Shown piece by piece: positions 1-8,600 of a DNA stretch of 32,000 bases; the first letter of the stretch is position 1; each line of letters opens with the position of its first letter. The stretch is from positions 630,001-662,000 of the forward strand of contig JAUIFI010000001.1 in NCBI GenBank assembly GCA_030429505.1, in the 5' to 3' direction. A model generated the notes under the pieces. The model had not been told where the DNA came from. It saw nothing but the letters and a program-made list of their open reading frames with translations, and did no database searches. The translations under genes and the position numbers were made by a program. The stretch is from Candidatus Saccharimonadota bacterium. Its GTDB lineage: Bacteria > Patescibacteriota > Gracilibacteria > UBA4473.

Positions 1-539
1 TGCATCGAGCAGTTGTTATGCGAGCTAGCAACAATAGAAATGCAATTGCTCACACTAAAACCAGAGCGGAAATCGCTAAAACTACTAAAAAAGCTTTTAG
101 ACAAAAAGGAACCGGAAATGCTCGCCGTGGAGCAAAGTCCACTAATCTTCTGCGTGGAGGGGGAGTTACTCATGGTCCTAGGAACAACAGAAATTTTATC
201 AAAGCAATGCCCAAAAAAGAAAGAAGGCAAGCTCTGTTTTCTAGTCTGAGTAATAAAGCCAAAGACAATCATATTTTCGGACTCACATCCTTCGAAGAAA
301 CTACCCCAAAGACAAAAACTTTTGTTGAATTACTCCAAAAACTACCAAACGCAAAAAAATATCTCTTTGTGCTTCCTCAAAAAAACCAAGTACTCGAGAA
401 ATCAATGAGTAATATTCCAAATGTAAAAAGTATCACGGCCTCATATCTCAATCCAACTGATGTCTTAAAAGCAGAAAAAATTTGCTTCGTTAGTGATGCA
501 CTGACCACCCTAGAAAAAACCTTTCTTCCTCAATCATAA
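1..539 (+). CDS. rplD: 50S ribosomal protein L4 (uL4), 5' end cut by window edge
   Basis: The frame stays open back to the window start (..HRAVVMRASNN..). KTRAEI...RQKGTGNARRG is the conserved uL4 core. It sits directly upstream of rplW-rplB. Confidence 0.95.
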   Translation, partial: HRAVVMRASNNRNAIAHTKTRAEIAKTTKKAFRQKGTGNARRGAKSTNLLRGGGVTHGPRNNRNFIKAMPKKERRQALFSSLSNKAKDNHIFGLTSFEETTPKTKTFVELLQKLPNAKKYLFVLPQKNQVLEKSMSNIPNVKSITASYLNPTDVLKAEKICFVSDALTTLEKTFLPQS

Positions 540-541
540 AA

Positions 542-829
542 ATGACGACCCAAACAAACGTCCTCATTCGTCCCATTGTAACAGAAAAAACTGTAGCTCA
601 AAAAGGGAAATACACTTTCGCCGTCAATCCAAAAGCCTCTAAAAAAGCAATAGAAAAAGCCATACAAGAATTTTATGGAGTAGAGATAGAAAAAGTAAAC
701 ATCACAAAACTTCCTCAAAAAAACCGAATGACCGGAAAGGGACGTAGTATGCGCAAAAGAGCCGCTCTCACCAAAGCTGTCGTGACCACCAAAAACGGAA
801 CTAGCATTGACTTTAACGCCTTCAAATAA
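542..829 (+). CDS. rplW: 50S ribosomal protein L23 (uL23)
   Basis: 95 aa with IRPIVTEK...YTFAVNPKASKKAIEKAI, typical of L23. Canonical position between L4 and L2. Confidence 0.95.
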   Translation: MTTQTNVLIRPIVTEKTVAQKGKYTFAVNPKASKKAIEKAIQEFYGVEIEKVNITKLPQKNRMTGKGRSMRKRAALTKAVVTTKNGTSIDFNAFK

Positions 830-1671
830 TGGGAATAAAAATACTAAAACCAACTACAAACGGTCAAAGAAATAAAAGTTATGTTTCTGGTGATCAACTT
901 ACCAAGGGCGCACAACCACTCAAATCACTCCTAACACAAGGACGAAAAATATCCGGTCGAGGTAATCACGGTATCACTATCCGTCACAGAGGTGGAGGAA
1001 CTCGAAGCTACATCCGAATTGTTGATTTTAATGGTACCGATAAGCTCGGCGTTCCTGGAAAAGTCAAAAGTATTGAATACGATCCCGGCAGAAGTGCTTA
1101 TATCGCACTCATCGTTTTTAATGACGGAGACAAAAGATATCACATTGCTCATAAAAATATGAAAGTCAATGATATCGTCATAACTGACAAAAAAGGAAAA
1201 ATCAAAGACGGTAATCGATTTCAACTCCAAAACATCCCTGTTGGATTTTCTATTTTCAACGTAGAAATCTCACCTCAAAAAGGCGGGCAAGTCGTGAGAT
1301 CCGCAGGACAAAGTGCCACTCTCGTCTCTCTTGACGGAGAAAAAGCTCAAGTCCAACTCCCATCTGGAGAAATACGATACGTAGAAAAAACCAATTACGC
1401 TACTTTGGGTACCGTATCAAATGAAGAAAAATCACTCATCCGTATCGGAAAAGCAGGAAGAGTTAGACACATGGGACGACGTCCTCAAGTACGAGGAAAA
1501 GCCATGAATCCATGTGATCATCCTCATGGAGGAGGAGAAGGTGGTTGTCCGATCGGACTCAAACACCCCAAAACTCCATGGGGAGCACCAGCCTTAGGAG
1601 TAAAAACCCGAAACAAGAAAAAAAGTAACCGCCTCATCGTTCGCTCACGACATCGAGCCAAGAAAAAGTAA
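829..1671 (+). CDS. rplB: 50S ribosomal protein L2 (uL2)
   Basis: 280 aa with the GRRPQVRGKAMNPCDHPHGGGEG signature. The start overlaps the rplW stop (TAATG). Confidence 0.97.
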   Translation: MGIKILKPTTNGQRNKSYVSGDQLTKGAQPLKSLLTQGRKISGRGNHGITIRHRGGGTRSYIRIVDFNGTDKLGVPGKVKSIEYDPGRSAYIALIVFNDGDKRYHIAHKNMKVNDIVITDKKGKIKDGNRFQLQNIPVGFSIFNVEISPQKGGQVVRSAGQSATLVSLDGEKAQVQLPSGEIRYVEKTNYATLGTVSNEEKSLIRIGKAGRVRHMGRRPQVRGKAMNPCDHPHGGGEGGCPIGLKHPKTPWGAPALGVKTRNKKKSNRLIVRSRHRAKKK

Positions 1672-1725
1672 TCATATCTCTTTTCTCCTTGATTTAAAAA
1701 TCATACTGATTAACATACCCGCACT

Positions 1726-2004
1726 ATGACACGTTCCGCCAAGAAAGGACCATTTGTAGACCCACGCCTACTCAAAAAAGCAAAAGCTATGAACGATAGT
1801 GGAAATAAAAAAGTGATCAAAACATGGTCACGAAGTTGCACCATAGCACCTACCTTTGTAGGACACACCTTTGGTGTTCACAATGGCAAGGAACACATTC
1901 CAGTGTTTTGTACCGAAGCTATGGTCGGACACAAACTCGGAGAATTCTCCCCTACCAGAAGATTCCGAGGTCATGGTGGAAAATTAGCTAAAGGACAAAA
2001 ATAA
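1726..2004 (+). CDS. rpsS: 30S ribosomal protein S19 (uS19)
   Basis: 92 aa with SAKKGPFVD...[15 protein letters not shown]...[16 protein letters not shown]. Confidence 0.97.
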   Translation: MTRSAKKGPFVDPRLLKKAKAMNDSGNKKVIKTWSRSCTIAPTFVGHTFGVHNGKEHIPVFCTEAMVGHKLGEFSPTRRFRGHGGKLAKGQK

Positions 2005-2015
2005 TTTAAAAAATA

Positions 2016-2342
2016 ATGAAAGCCCACCTACGACGCATCCGTATTTCTCCCAAAAAAGCGAACCTAGTCGCAGGACTCGTCCGTGGAAAAAAAGTCATAG
2101 ATGCACTCAACATCCTAAAATTCACACCTAAAAAAGGTGCGAAAATTCTCTACAAAGTGATCCACTCTGCCACCAGTAACGCCGAAAACAATGCTAATCA
2201 AAAGAGAGAAGAACTTATTATCAAAGAAATTATTGTGAATAAAGGCTCCGTTATGAAACGATATCTGCCATCAACACGAGGAAGAGCTTTGCCATTGCGA
2301 AAACCAACCGCACATATTTCCGTATCTCTCGAAAAGAAGTAA
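2016..2342 (+). CDS. rplV: 50S ribosomal protein L22 (uL22)
   Basis: 108 aa with RISPKKANLVAGLVRGKKV..AL.IL.F.PKKGA. Canonical order. Confidence 0.95.
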   Translation: MKAHLRRIRISPKKANLVAGLVRGKKVIDALNILKFTPKKGAKILYKVIHSATSNAENNANQKREELIIKEIIVNKGSVMKRYLPSTRGRALPLRKPTAHISVSLEKK

Positions 2343-2346
2343 TCTC

Positions 2347-2997
2347 ATGGGAAAAAAAGTATCACCACATTCATTTCGTATCGGCATTACCAGAACTTGG
2401 GACTCTATCTGGTTTGCGAAAAAAGATTTCAAACAAAAATTTTTACAAGATATTCGCATTCGAAAATTTTTGAGCGAAGAACTCAAAAAAGCCGGAATCT
2501 CTAAAATCGAAATAAAAAGAGATTCAAAAAAAACGACTGTCATTATTCACGCTGGAAAGCCTGGTATTATTATTGGACGAGGCGGAGAAAATATCGAAAA
2601 ACTCTCAAAACTCCTCACACAAAAATTTGGAGAAGTCTTTGATGTATCCATTCAAGAAGTTAGGAAAGCAGATGCAGACGCAGCTCTCATCGCCCAAGCC
2701 GTCGCCGAACAAATCTCAAGACGTTTCCCCTACAGACGAGTAGTGAAAATGGCCGTCGATAGAGCTAAAGACAACGGTGTCAAAGGCGTCAAAATCATGG
2801 TATCAGGAAGACTAAATGGCGTTGACATCGCCCGAAAAGAAACCTATACCCACGGAAAAGTACCTCTTCACACCCTGCGTGCCAATATCGACTACGCTAC
2901 TGCTACTGCTCCCACAACCTATGGATCTATTGGTGTGAAAGTTTGGGTCTACCACGGATTAGTTTTCAAAAACGAAAAACTCAACGAAGTATTCTAA
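2347..2997 (+). CDS. rpsC: 30S ribosomal protein S3 (uS3)
   Basis: 216 aa with MGKKVSPHSFRIGI...W.S.WFA and the KH-domain motif GIIIGRGGENIEKL. Confidence 0.97.
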   Translation: MGKKVSPHSFRIGITRTWDSIWFAKKDFKQKFLQDIRIRKFLSEELKKAGISKIEIKRDSKKTTVIIHAGKPGIIIGRGGENIEKLSKLLTQKFGEVFDVSIQEVRKADADAALIAQAVAEQISRRFPYRRVVKMAVDRAKDNGVKGVKIMVSGRLNGVDIARKETYTHGKVPLHTLRANIDYATATAPTTYGSIGVKVWVYHGLVFKNEKLNEVF

Positions 2998-3002
2998 AGA
3001 AT

Positions 3003-3091
3003 CTGTCATTCTGCTCGGTACGAATGGAGGAGCGTCATTTATTTCAGAACCTCTTTCTCAATTTGTCATCCTGAACTTGTTTCAGGATCTC
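3003..3091. repeat. Cluster of REP-like hairpin repeats (TGTCAT-CCTGAA-N5-TTCAGGAT family)
   Basis: A full copy at 3065-3090 is TGTCATCCTGAACTTGTTTCAGGATCT, with 8-bp stem ATCCTGAA/TTCAGGAT and a 5-nt loop. A related hairpin at 3004-3026 is TGTCATTCTG..CATTC/GAATG. A truncated copy lies at 3033-3052. The same unit recurs at 30402-30427 and, inverted, at 30458-30483. Confidence 0.7.
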
Positions 3092-3131
3092 TTTAAAACC
3101 GATAAAAAAAGAATTTTCTTCTTCATATTTT

Positions 3132-3159
3132 TTTGCTACGTAACATGTTACGTAGCAAA
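3132..3159. promoter_or_regulatory. 28-bp perfect palindrome TTTGCTACGTAACATGTTACGTAGCAAA (orphan copy of the 19493-19520 site)
   Basis: Exact dyad symmetry centred between 3145 and 3146. It is identical over 28/28 nt to 19493-19520. It is followed by a 6-codon stub, ATGAAAAAAAACTTGCAATAA (3161-3181), resembling the 5' end of the AbrB-like gene at the other site. A T-run lies 5' and an A-run 3' on both strands, so it is not a canonical intrinsic terminator. Confidence 0.75.
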
Positions 3160-3268
3160 GATGAAAAAAAACTTGCAATAACGGAAAAAAACGCCAACTA
3201 ATCCACACACACAAAATATTAAAAAAAAATGTCAATTATTTTGTATTACCACAATACTAAAAATCACC

Positions 3269-3296
3269 TTGACAAGAAGACCATCCTCCATACAAT
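3269..3296 (+). promoter_or_regulatory. Sigma70-type promoter internal to the r-protein cluster (TTGACA-N16-TACAAT)
   Basis: TTGACA at 3269-3274, a 16-nt spacer, then TACAAT at 3291-3296. It lies 22 nt upstream of the rplP ATG at 3318. Confidence 0.55.
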
Positions 3297-3317
3297 GGGA
3301 CGGCTTTTTTGCAAAAA

Positions 3318-3734
3318 ATGCTTCAACCCAAGAAAACAAAGTTCAGACGACAACATCGTCTGCGATCACAAAAAAAAGGGATTGCTACCCGAGGTATCAC
3401 TATTGCCTTCGGTGAAATCGCCATCAAAGCCACATCTCGGGGTGAAGTTACTGCTCGTCAAATCGAATCCGCCAGACGAACCATCGCCCGAGCTGTGAAA
3501 CGAGGTGGGAAAATATGGATTCGGGTTTTCCCCGACAAAGTTCTCACCGCTAAAGGTGCTGAAGTCCCTATGGGATCAGGGAAAGGAGCACCTGACCGCT
3601 GGGTCACTCAAATCAAACCAGGGAAAATTTTATTTGAAATGGCTGGAGCTGATATGGAGCTCATGAGAAAAGCTCTTGACCTCGCTACCTACAAACTTCC
3701 AGTAGACTGTAAAATCATTACTCACGAACTCTAA
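3318..3734 (+). CDS. rplP: 50S ribosomal protein L16 (uL16)
   Basis: [14 protein letters not shown] is the canonical L16 N-terminus. The track ORF begins at a TTG at 3309, so the ATG at 3318 is preferred. Confidence 0.95.
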   Translation: MLQPKKTKFRRQHRLRSQKKGIATRGITIAFGEIAIKATSRGEVTARQIESARRTIARAVKRGGKIWIRVFPDKVLTAKGAEVPMGSGKGAPDRWVTQIKPGKILFEMAGADMELMRKALDLATYKLPVDCKIITHEL

Positions 3735-3735
3735 G

Positions 3736-3960
3736 ATGAAAGTACAAGAACTCAGACAATTAACGCCCAAGAAACTACAAGAAGAACTGAAAAAAGCTCA
3801 AAGAGAACTTGCTGGAGTTCGCTTTCATGTAAAGACAGGGCAAAATCAAAATCACGCACAAATCAAAAAACTTAAAACATCAGTAGCACGAATCCTTACA
3901 CTCCTTGCTGAATCAAGTCGAAAAAATATCCCCCTAGCCTCTCAAGAAAAACAATCATGA
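3736..3960 (+). CDS. rpmC: 50S ribosomal protein L29 (uL29)
   Basis: 74 aa with ELRQLTPKKLQEELKKAQRELAGVRF. The stop overlaps the rpsQ start (ATGA). Confidence 0.93.
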   Translation: MKVQELRQLTPKKLQEELKKAQRELAGVRFHVKTGQNQNHAQIKKLKTSVARILTLLAESSRKNIPLASQEKQS

Positions 3961-4190
3961 TTACGAAAAAAGGCATTATCGTGAAAAAATCAGGTGACAA
4001 GACCGTAAAGGTCGAAGTCAATGAATATCGTCCCCATCCCAAATATAAAAAACGGTATCGAATCACCAAAAATTTTCTTGTTCATGACGAAAAAAACACC
4101 GGAGAAATTGGTCAAGAAGTAACAATTCAACCAACAGCTCCTATCTCCAAAAGAAAATCATGGACACTCACAGAACCAATTAAAGCATGA
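3957..4190 (+). CDS. rpsQ: 30S ribosomal protein S17 (uS17)
   Basis: 77 aa with [17 protein letters not shown]....HPKYKKRY......VHDEKN. ATGA overlap with rplN. Confidence 0.93.
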   Translation: MITKKGIIVKKSGDKTVKVEVNEYRPHPKYKKRYRITKNFLVHDEKNTGEIGQEVTIQPTAPISKRKSWTLTEPIKA

Positions 4191-4555
4191 TCCAACATAT
4201 GTCTCGACTTCGAGTAGCAGATAATACGGGTGCTAAATCCGTTATGTGTATAAAAGTCCTCGGAGGATCTAAACGTCGTTATGCAAAAATCGGTGATATT
4301 ATCGTAGTATCAGTAAAAGAAGCGACTCCCAAGGGAGTCGTAAAAAAGAAATCAATCCAGAAAGCAGTCGTTGTCAGACAGGTTTCAACCCTCAAAAGAC
4401 CAGACGGATCTTCGCTTCGATTTGACGAAAATGCCGTCGTAATTGTCAACGAACAGAAACAGCCAAAAGGGACTCGTGTTTTTGGACCTATTGCCCGAGA
4501 ACTAAGAGCCAAAGGCTTTCAAAAAATTATATCTCTCGCCCCAGAAGTCCTATGA
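4187..4555 (+). CDS. rplN: 50S ribosomal protein L14 (uL14)
   Basis: 122 aa with [17 protein letters not shown] and a LAPEVL C-terminus. Confidence 0.97.
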   Translation: MIQHMSRLRVADNTGAKSVMCIKVLGGSKRRYAKIGDIIVVSVKEATPKGVVKKKSIQKAVVVRQVSTLKRPDGSSLRFDENAVVIVNEQKQPKGTRVFGPIARELRAKGFQKIISLAPEVL

Positions 4556-4908
4556 AAATAAGACCAAACGACACTGTATTTATCAGAACTGGAAAGGACA
4601 AAGGTCAATCCGGAACTGTAACTAAAATCCTAAAAAAACAAAATAAAGTTGTTGTAGAAGGTGTAAACAAGACAAAAAAAAATGTCAAAGGTAGAGATGG
4701 ACAACCAGGAGAACAAATCGAATTTTTTGCCCCCATTCATATATCAAACGTAGCCTTGATTGATCCAAAAACCAATAAACCAACTCGAATTCAATATAAA
4801 CGAGAGGGAAAAGAAAAATTACGAATAAGCGTCCGCTCTGGAGAAATCATTACCGGTAAAGCCAAAATCACCAAAAAGAAATCTGAAACTAAAAACATTA
4901 AAGCATGA
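4552..4908 (+). CDS. rplX: 50S ribosomal protein L24 (uL24) with lysine-rich C-terminal tail
   Basis: KOW motif ([13 protein letters not shown]). ATGA overlaps on both sides. Confidence 0.93.
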   Translation: MKIRPNDTVFIRTGKDKGQSGTVTKILKKQNKVVVEGVNKTKKNVKGRDGQPGEQIEFFAPIHISNVALIDPKTNKPTRIQYKREGKEKLRISVRSGEIITGKAKITKKKSETKNIKA

Positions 4909-5465
4909 ATATAACATCTCTCCTTTACGATAATTTCCAAAAAGAAGGTAAAAGCAAACTTCAGAAAGAGTTGGGTATCAAAAATCCTATGCAAGTACCA
5001 GAGATAGAAAAAGTATGTATCAATGTAGGAATGGGATCCTATTTACAAAAAATCGGGAAAAAAGACTACGCCTTTGTCGAAGACAATATTCGTGCTATTA
5101 CCGGACGAAAACCACTAGTTCGGAAAGCAAAACTATCTGTATCTAATTTCAAACTCCGAGAAGGTCAACCAGTCGGCATATCAGTCACTCTTCGAGGCAA
5201 AGCCGCTTATAACTTTATTGACAAACTGATTCATATCGTTTATCCACGTGTGCGTGACTTTCGTGGAGTGTCTCGAAAAATATTCGATCGTAGCGGCAAC
5301 TGTTCTCTGGGATTTAACGATCACACAGTATTTCCCGAAGCTATCCAGCCAGAAGACTCTCGGCAAATTCACGGAGTACAAGTTACCATTGTGACATCCA
5401 CAAATAATCCCGAACATACCCAAGCACTCCTATCCTCTCTTAGTTTCCCTTTTAAAAAACAATAA
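4905..5465 (+). CDS. rplE: 50S ribosomal protein L5 (uL5)
   Basis: 186 aa with [34 protein letters not shown] and YPRVRDFRG. Confidence 0.96.
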   Translation: MNITSLLYDNFQKEGKSKLQKELGIKNPMQVPEIEKVCINVGMGSYLQKIGKKDYAFVEDNIRAITGRKPLVRKAKLSVSNFKLREGQPVGISVTLRGKAAYNFIDKLIHIVYPRVRDFRGVSRKIFDRSGNCSLGFNDHTVFPEAIQPEDSRQIHGVQVTIVTSTNNPEHTQALLSSLSFPFKKQ

Positions 5466-5467
5466 CT

Positions 5468-5692
5468 ATGGTCCGCAAAGCATTGATCGTCAAACAAACA
5501 AAACTCATGGAACGCTACCTTCTCGCTAAAAAAGAAGGTCGCAAAATGAAATACGCCACCAAAGTGTATAACAGATGTTCCATAACTGGACGACCAAAAG
5601 GCTATATGAGAGATTTTGGAATTTCGCGATGCGTGTTCCGAGAACTAGCTGAAAAAGGACAGATTCCTGGTATTCGTAAATCTTCTTGGTAA
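5468..5692 (+). CDS. rpsN: 30S ribosomal protein S14 (uS14), short 74-aa form
   Basis: C-terminus [40 protein letters not shown]. It sits between rplE and rpsH. Confidence 0.93.
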   Translation: MVRKALIVKQTKLMERYLLAKKEGRKMKYATKVYNRCSITGRPKGYMRDFGISRCVFRELAEKGQIPGIRKSSW

Positions 5693-5707
5693 TCAAAATT
5701 ATACAAC

Positions 5708-6085
5708 ATGGTAGTTGACCCTATTGCTGACTTTCTTACCCGCATTCGAAACGCCCAAAGAGCGAGAAAAAATTCGCTCACTATCCCCTATTCTACCATA
5801 AAACACGCTATTGCCGACGTGATGAAAAAAAACAATTTTCTCGAAAAAGTCACAAAGGACACTTCTGGAAAATTTCCCATCCTAGTTTTAGAACTTCCAG
5901 AAAAAGAAATAAATCTCTCACGAGTCTCTCACTGTGGACAAAGAATCTACACAAAAGCAAAGGATATTCGTAAAACCGTGAATGGATTCGGTATTTCCAT
6001 CATTTCTACCTCCCAAGGTGTTATGACTGGATACGAAGCACGAAGTAAAAACATTGGGGGAGAATTTTTATGTGAAATTAGTTAA
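5708..6085 (+). CDS. rpsH: 30S ribosomal protein S8 (uS8)
   Basis: DPIADFLTRIRNAQRA N-terminus. 125 aa. Confidence 0.96.
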   Translation: MVVDPIADFLTRIRNAQRARKNSLTIPYSTIKHAIADVMKKNNFLEKVTKDTSGKFPILVLELPEKEINLSRVSHCGQRIYTKAKDIRKTVNGFGISIISTSQGVMTGYEARSKNIGGEFLCEIS

Positions 6086-6087
6086 CC

Positions 6088-6642
6088 ATGTCTCGAATTG
6101 GAAAATTACCGATCTCTATCCCTGAAAACGTCACGATTGAAATAAGTGACGACAAAATAAAAGTCAAAGGTCCTAAAGGAGAGCTTTCTTTGACATTTGA
6201 ACCCATCTATGTCTCTATTAAACAAGAGGAAAAAACAATAACCGTGACTCCAAAAAACGAAACCAAAGAAGCCAAATCAAGACATGGACTCTACCGAAGC
6301 CTTATTGCCAACATGATTGAAGGCGTCAATCAAGGATTTTCGAAAACATTAGAAATCAAAGGTGTTGGATATCGAGGCTCAATGAAAGGCAATGCCCTAG
6401 AAATGAATCTCGGATACTCTCATCCTATCAGTTACACACTCCCTGAAGGAATTCAAATAAATTTTGCAGAAAAAAGCCAAAACATCCTTACTGTTTCCGG
6501 CATTGATAAACAACTCGTTGGTCAAGTATCAGCCGAAATCAGATCCTTCAGAAAACCCGAACCCTATAAAGGGAAAGGAATTAAGTATCAAGATGAAATT
6601 ATCCGACGAAAGGCCGGAAAATCAGTCGCTAAAAAAGGTTAA
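6088..6642 (+). CDS. rplF: 50S ribosomal protein L6 (uL6)
   Basis: MSRIGKLPISIPENV...VKGPKGEL and EPYKGKGIKY. Confidence 0.96.
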   Translation: MSRIGKLPISIPENVTIEISDDKIKVKGPKGELSLTFEPIYVSIKQEEKTITVTPKNETKEAKSRHGLYRSLIANMIEGVNQGFSKTLEIKGVGYRGSMKGNALEMNLGYSHPISYTLPEGIQINFAEKSQNILTVSGIDKQLVGQVSAEIRSFRKPEPYKGKGIKYQDEIIRRKAGKSVAKKG

Positions 6643-6648
6643 TAAATC

Positions 6649-6990
6649 ATGAAAACACAACAAAAGTCACTCCGCAGACAAGCTCGGGCACGCCGGAGCC
6701 ACGCAACAACCAGAACATCTGGACGAACACGATTGATTGTTTATCGATCAAATCGCACCATCTACGCTCAGCTTATAAATGACATCACTGGAAAAATCAT
6801 AGGATCTGCCTCCGGATTGAAGTCAAAAGCAAGTGGCATTAAAGCTGCAGAAGAAGTTGGAACTAACATTGCTAAAATAGCTAAAGCAAAAAAAATTAAT
6901 GACATTGCTTTTGATAGAAACGGTTATAAATACCACGGACAAGTCAAAGCAGTCGCCGAAAAAGCTCGTGAAGCTGGTCTTACCTTTTAA
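6649..6990 (+). CDS. rplR: 50S ribosomal protein L18 (uL18)
   Basis: RLIVYRSNRTIYAQLI......FDRNGYKYHG.VKA.AE.ARE.GL.F. Confidence 0.95.
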   Translation: MKTQQKSLRRQARARRSHATTRTSGRTRLIVYRSNRTIYAQLINDITGKIIGSASGLKSKASGIKAAEEVGTNIAKIAKAKKINDIAFDRNGYKYHGQVKAVAEKAREAGLTF

Positions 6991-7005
6991 TTTTATTTTC
7001 CCTCT

Positions 7006-7758
7006 ATGACAGAAGAAACAACCAAAACCACTGAATCAAACACAGAAAATATGACTGTGACGGAAGAGAATACCTCAACAAACAAAACTCCAGCCGAAGA
7101 AAAAAAAGACAATCGACGAAAACCAAGAGATGGACAAAGAAGAGAACGTCGCCCCAGAGAACCAAAAGAGTTTGAGGAAGCCATTCTACAAATAGATCGA
7201 GTTACTCGTGTAGTCGCTGGAGGAAGACGTTTGCGATTCAGAGTATCTGTAGTAGTAGGAGATCAAAAAGGTCGTGTTGGATTTGGCATTGGAAAATCTG
7301 GAGAAGTTATGATTGGTATACAAAAAGCTGTTGCTAAAGCAAAAAAAAGCCTCATCAACGTACCGATTTTCAACGGAACACTTCCCCACGAGCAAAGTGG
7401 AAAATTCAAGGCTTCTACAGTCCTTCTCTTCCCAGCTCCAGAAGGAAAAGGAGTCATTGCTGGTGGAGCAGCTCGGAGAATTCTAGAATTAGCTGGCGTT
7501 AAAGATGTCCTCTCAAAAGTCCATGGGTCTCGCAATAAACTCAACATCGCCCGAGCAACCTTACAAGCCTTGCAAAAGCTTCATAATCAAGCTCCTTTAG
7601 GTAAAGAATCTGAAAAAGAAGATACAAAAACTGAAGAAAAGAACAATAAAACAACATCCGAAGAAAAAAAGAAAGCAAGCTCTAAAAAAGCTGAGTCCAA
7701 AGAAAAAAAAGCAACATCCAAAACCACAACTAAGGCTAAAAAAACAACGAAAAAATAA
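7006..7758 (+). CDS. rpsE: 30S ribosomal protein S5 (uS5) with long low-complexity N- and C-terminal extensions
   Basis: The core is IDRVTRVVAGGRRLRFRVSVVVGDQKGRVGFGIGKS...GSRNKLNIARAT. It is flanked by a ~55-aa T/E/K/R-rich N-extension and a ~55-aa K/E/T-rich C-extension. Confidence 0.93.
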   Translation: MTEETTKTTESNTENMTVTEENTSTNKTPAEEKKDNRRKPRDGQRRERRPREPKEFEEAILQIDRVTRVVAGGRRLRFRVSVVVGDQKGRVGFGIGKSGEVMIGIQKAVAKAKKSLINVPIFNGTLPHEQSGKFKASTVLLFPAPEGKGVIAGGAARRILELAGVKDVLSKVHGSRNKLNIARATLQALQKLHNQAPLGKESEKEDTKTEEKNNKTTSEEKKKASSKKAESKEKKATSKTTTKAKKTTKK

Positions 7759-7767
7759 TATTTTCCT

Positions 7768-8205
7768 ATGAAATTGAATCAACTCGCTCCCAAAACACGA
7801 AAAACTCGAAAGAGAAAAGGTCAGGGTAATGCTGCCGGACAAGGTACTTACGCCGGACGAGGCTGTAAGGGTCAAAATTCTCGAGCAGGAGGAGGTGTGC
7901 GATTAGGTTTTGAAGGCGGACAAACTCCCCTCATCCAACGCATGCCAAAGCTCCGTGGATTCCGGAATCCCAACCGAGTTGAAACACAAGTCATCAATCT
8001 TTCAGATTTAGAAGCAAAATTCAAAGACGGAGACACGGTAAATCTCGAGACCCTGATCAAAGCCAAACTCATCAATAAAAACAACTCCAAAGTAAAAATC
8101 CTTGGAAATGGTACGTGCAAGAAAAAATTAAACATTACAGACAGTATACTTCTTTCGAAAACCGCTGAAAAAGCATTAGCAAAACCAGCAAAAAAAGGAG
8201 AGTAA
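7768..8205 (+). CDS. rplO: 50S ribosomal protein L15 (uL15)
   Basis: RKRKGQGNAAGQGTYAGRGCKGQNSRAGGGVRLGFEGGQTPL. It starts 9 nt after the rpsE stop, leaving no room for rpmD. Confidence 0.95.
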   Translation: MKLNQLAPKTRKTRKRKGQGNAAGQGTYAGRGCKGQNSRAGGGVRLGFEGGQTPLIQRMPKLRGFRNPNRVETQVINLSDLEAKFKDGDTVNLETLIKAKLINKNNSKVKILGNGTCKKKLNITDSILLSKTAEKALAKPAKKGE

Positions 8206-8238
8206 AAAAATAGTTAATTAATTCAAAATCTTAGCGAA

Positions 8239-8286
8239 CCAAATTCAAAACACTGCTCCCTTCTTTTAGGAACACTATTTTGAATT

Positions 8287-8289
<3 letters not shown>
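8239..8289. terminator. 12-bp inverted repeat between convergent rplO and tRNA genes
   Basis: CCAAATTCAAAA (8239-8250) pairs with TTTTGAATTTGG (8278-8289) across a 27-nt loop. The right arm overlaps the CCA end of tRNA-fMet. There is no clean U-run, so the function is uncertain. Confidence 0.3.
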
Positions 8290-8361
<72 letters not shown>

Positions 8362-8366
8362 TTCAA

Positions 8367-8457
8367 TGGTGCACGAGAGAGGACTTGAACCTCCACGAGA
8401 ATAAAAGTTCTCACTAGCCCCTCAAGCTAGCGCGTCTACCAATTCCGCCACTCGTGC
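8367..8457 (-). tRNA. tRNA-Leu (GAG), long variable arm, CCA encoded
   Basis: The reverse complement reads GCACGAGTGGCGGAATTGGTAGACGCGCTAGCTTGAGGGGCTAGTGAGAACTTTTATTCTCGTGGAGGTTCAAGTCCTCTCTCGTGCACCA. The anticodon loop is TTGAGGG. It lies 5 nt from tRNA-fMet. Confidence 0.92.
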
Positions 8458-8561
8458 GTCAAAAATACGGAACAAGTGACGAGATAAAATACACAAAAGT
8501 CACTTTAGACCAAAAAAGAGCTTGAGGATTCTAAGGGGCTGTCCTTTTCTTGTCAACCGGA

Positions 8562-8589
8562 TTGATATTCAGACTAAAATAAGTATAAA
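8562..8589 (+). promoter_or_regulatory. Candidate promoter TTGATA-N16-TATAAA for the ATPase gene
   Basis: The -10 box ends 11 nt before the ATG at 8601, implying a very short leader. The AT-rich context makes this weak evidence. Confidence 0.35.
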
Positions 8590-8600
8590 AAAACAAAGAA

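Noticed and set aside
3044-3235. 63-aa minus-strand ORF, and the 131-aa ORF at 19306..19701, sharing the peptide CYVTCYVAK
   Set aside because: The shared peptide is just the translation of the 28-bp palindrome. Both ORFs run through intergenic repeats or antisense to the AbrB-like gene and have junk-like composition.
3229-3498. 89-aa plus-strand ORF overlapping the start of rplP
   Set aside because: It is out of frame with a clearly conserved L16 sequence, and its 5' half covers the promoter region.
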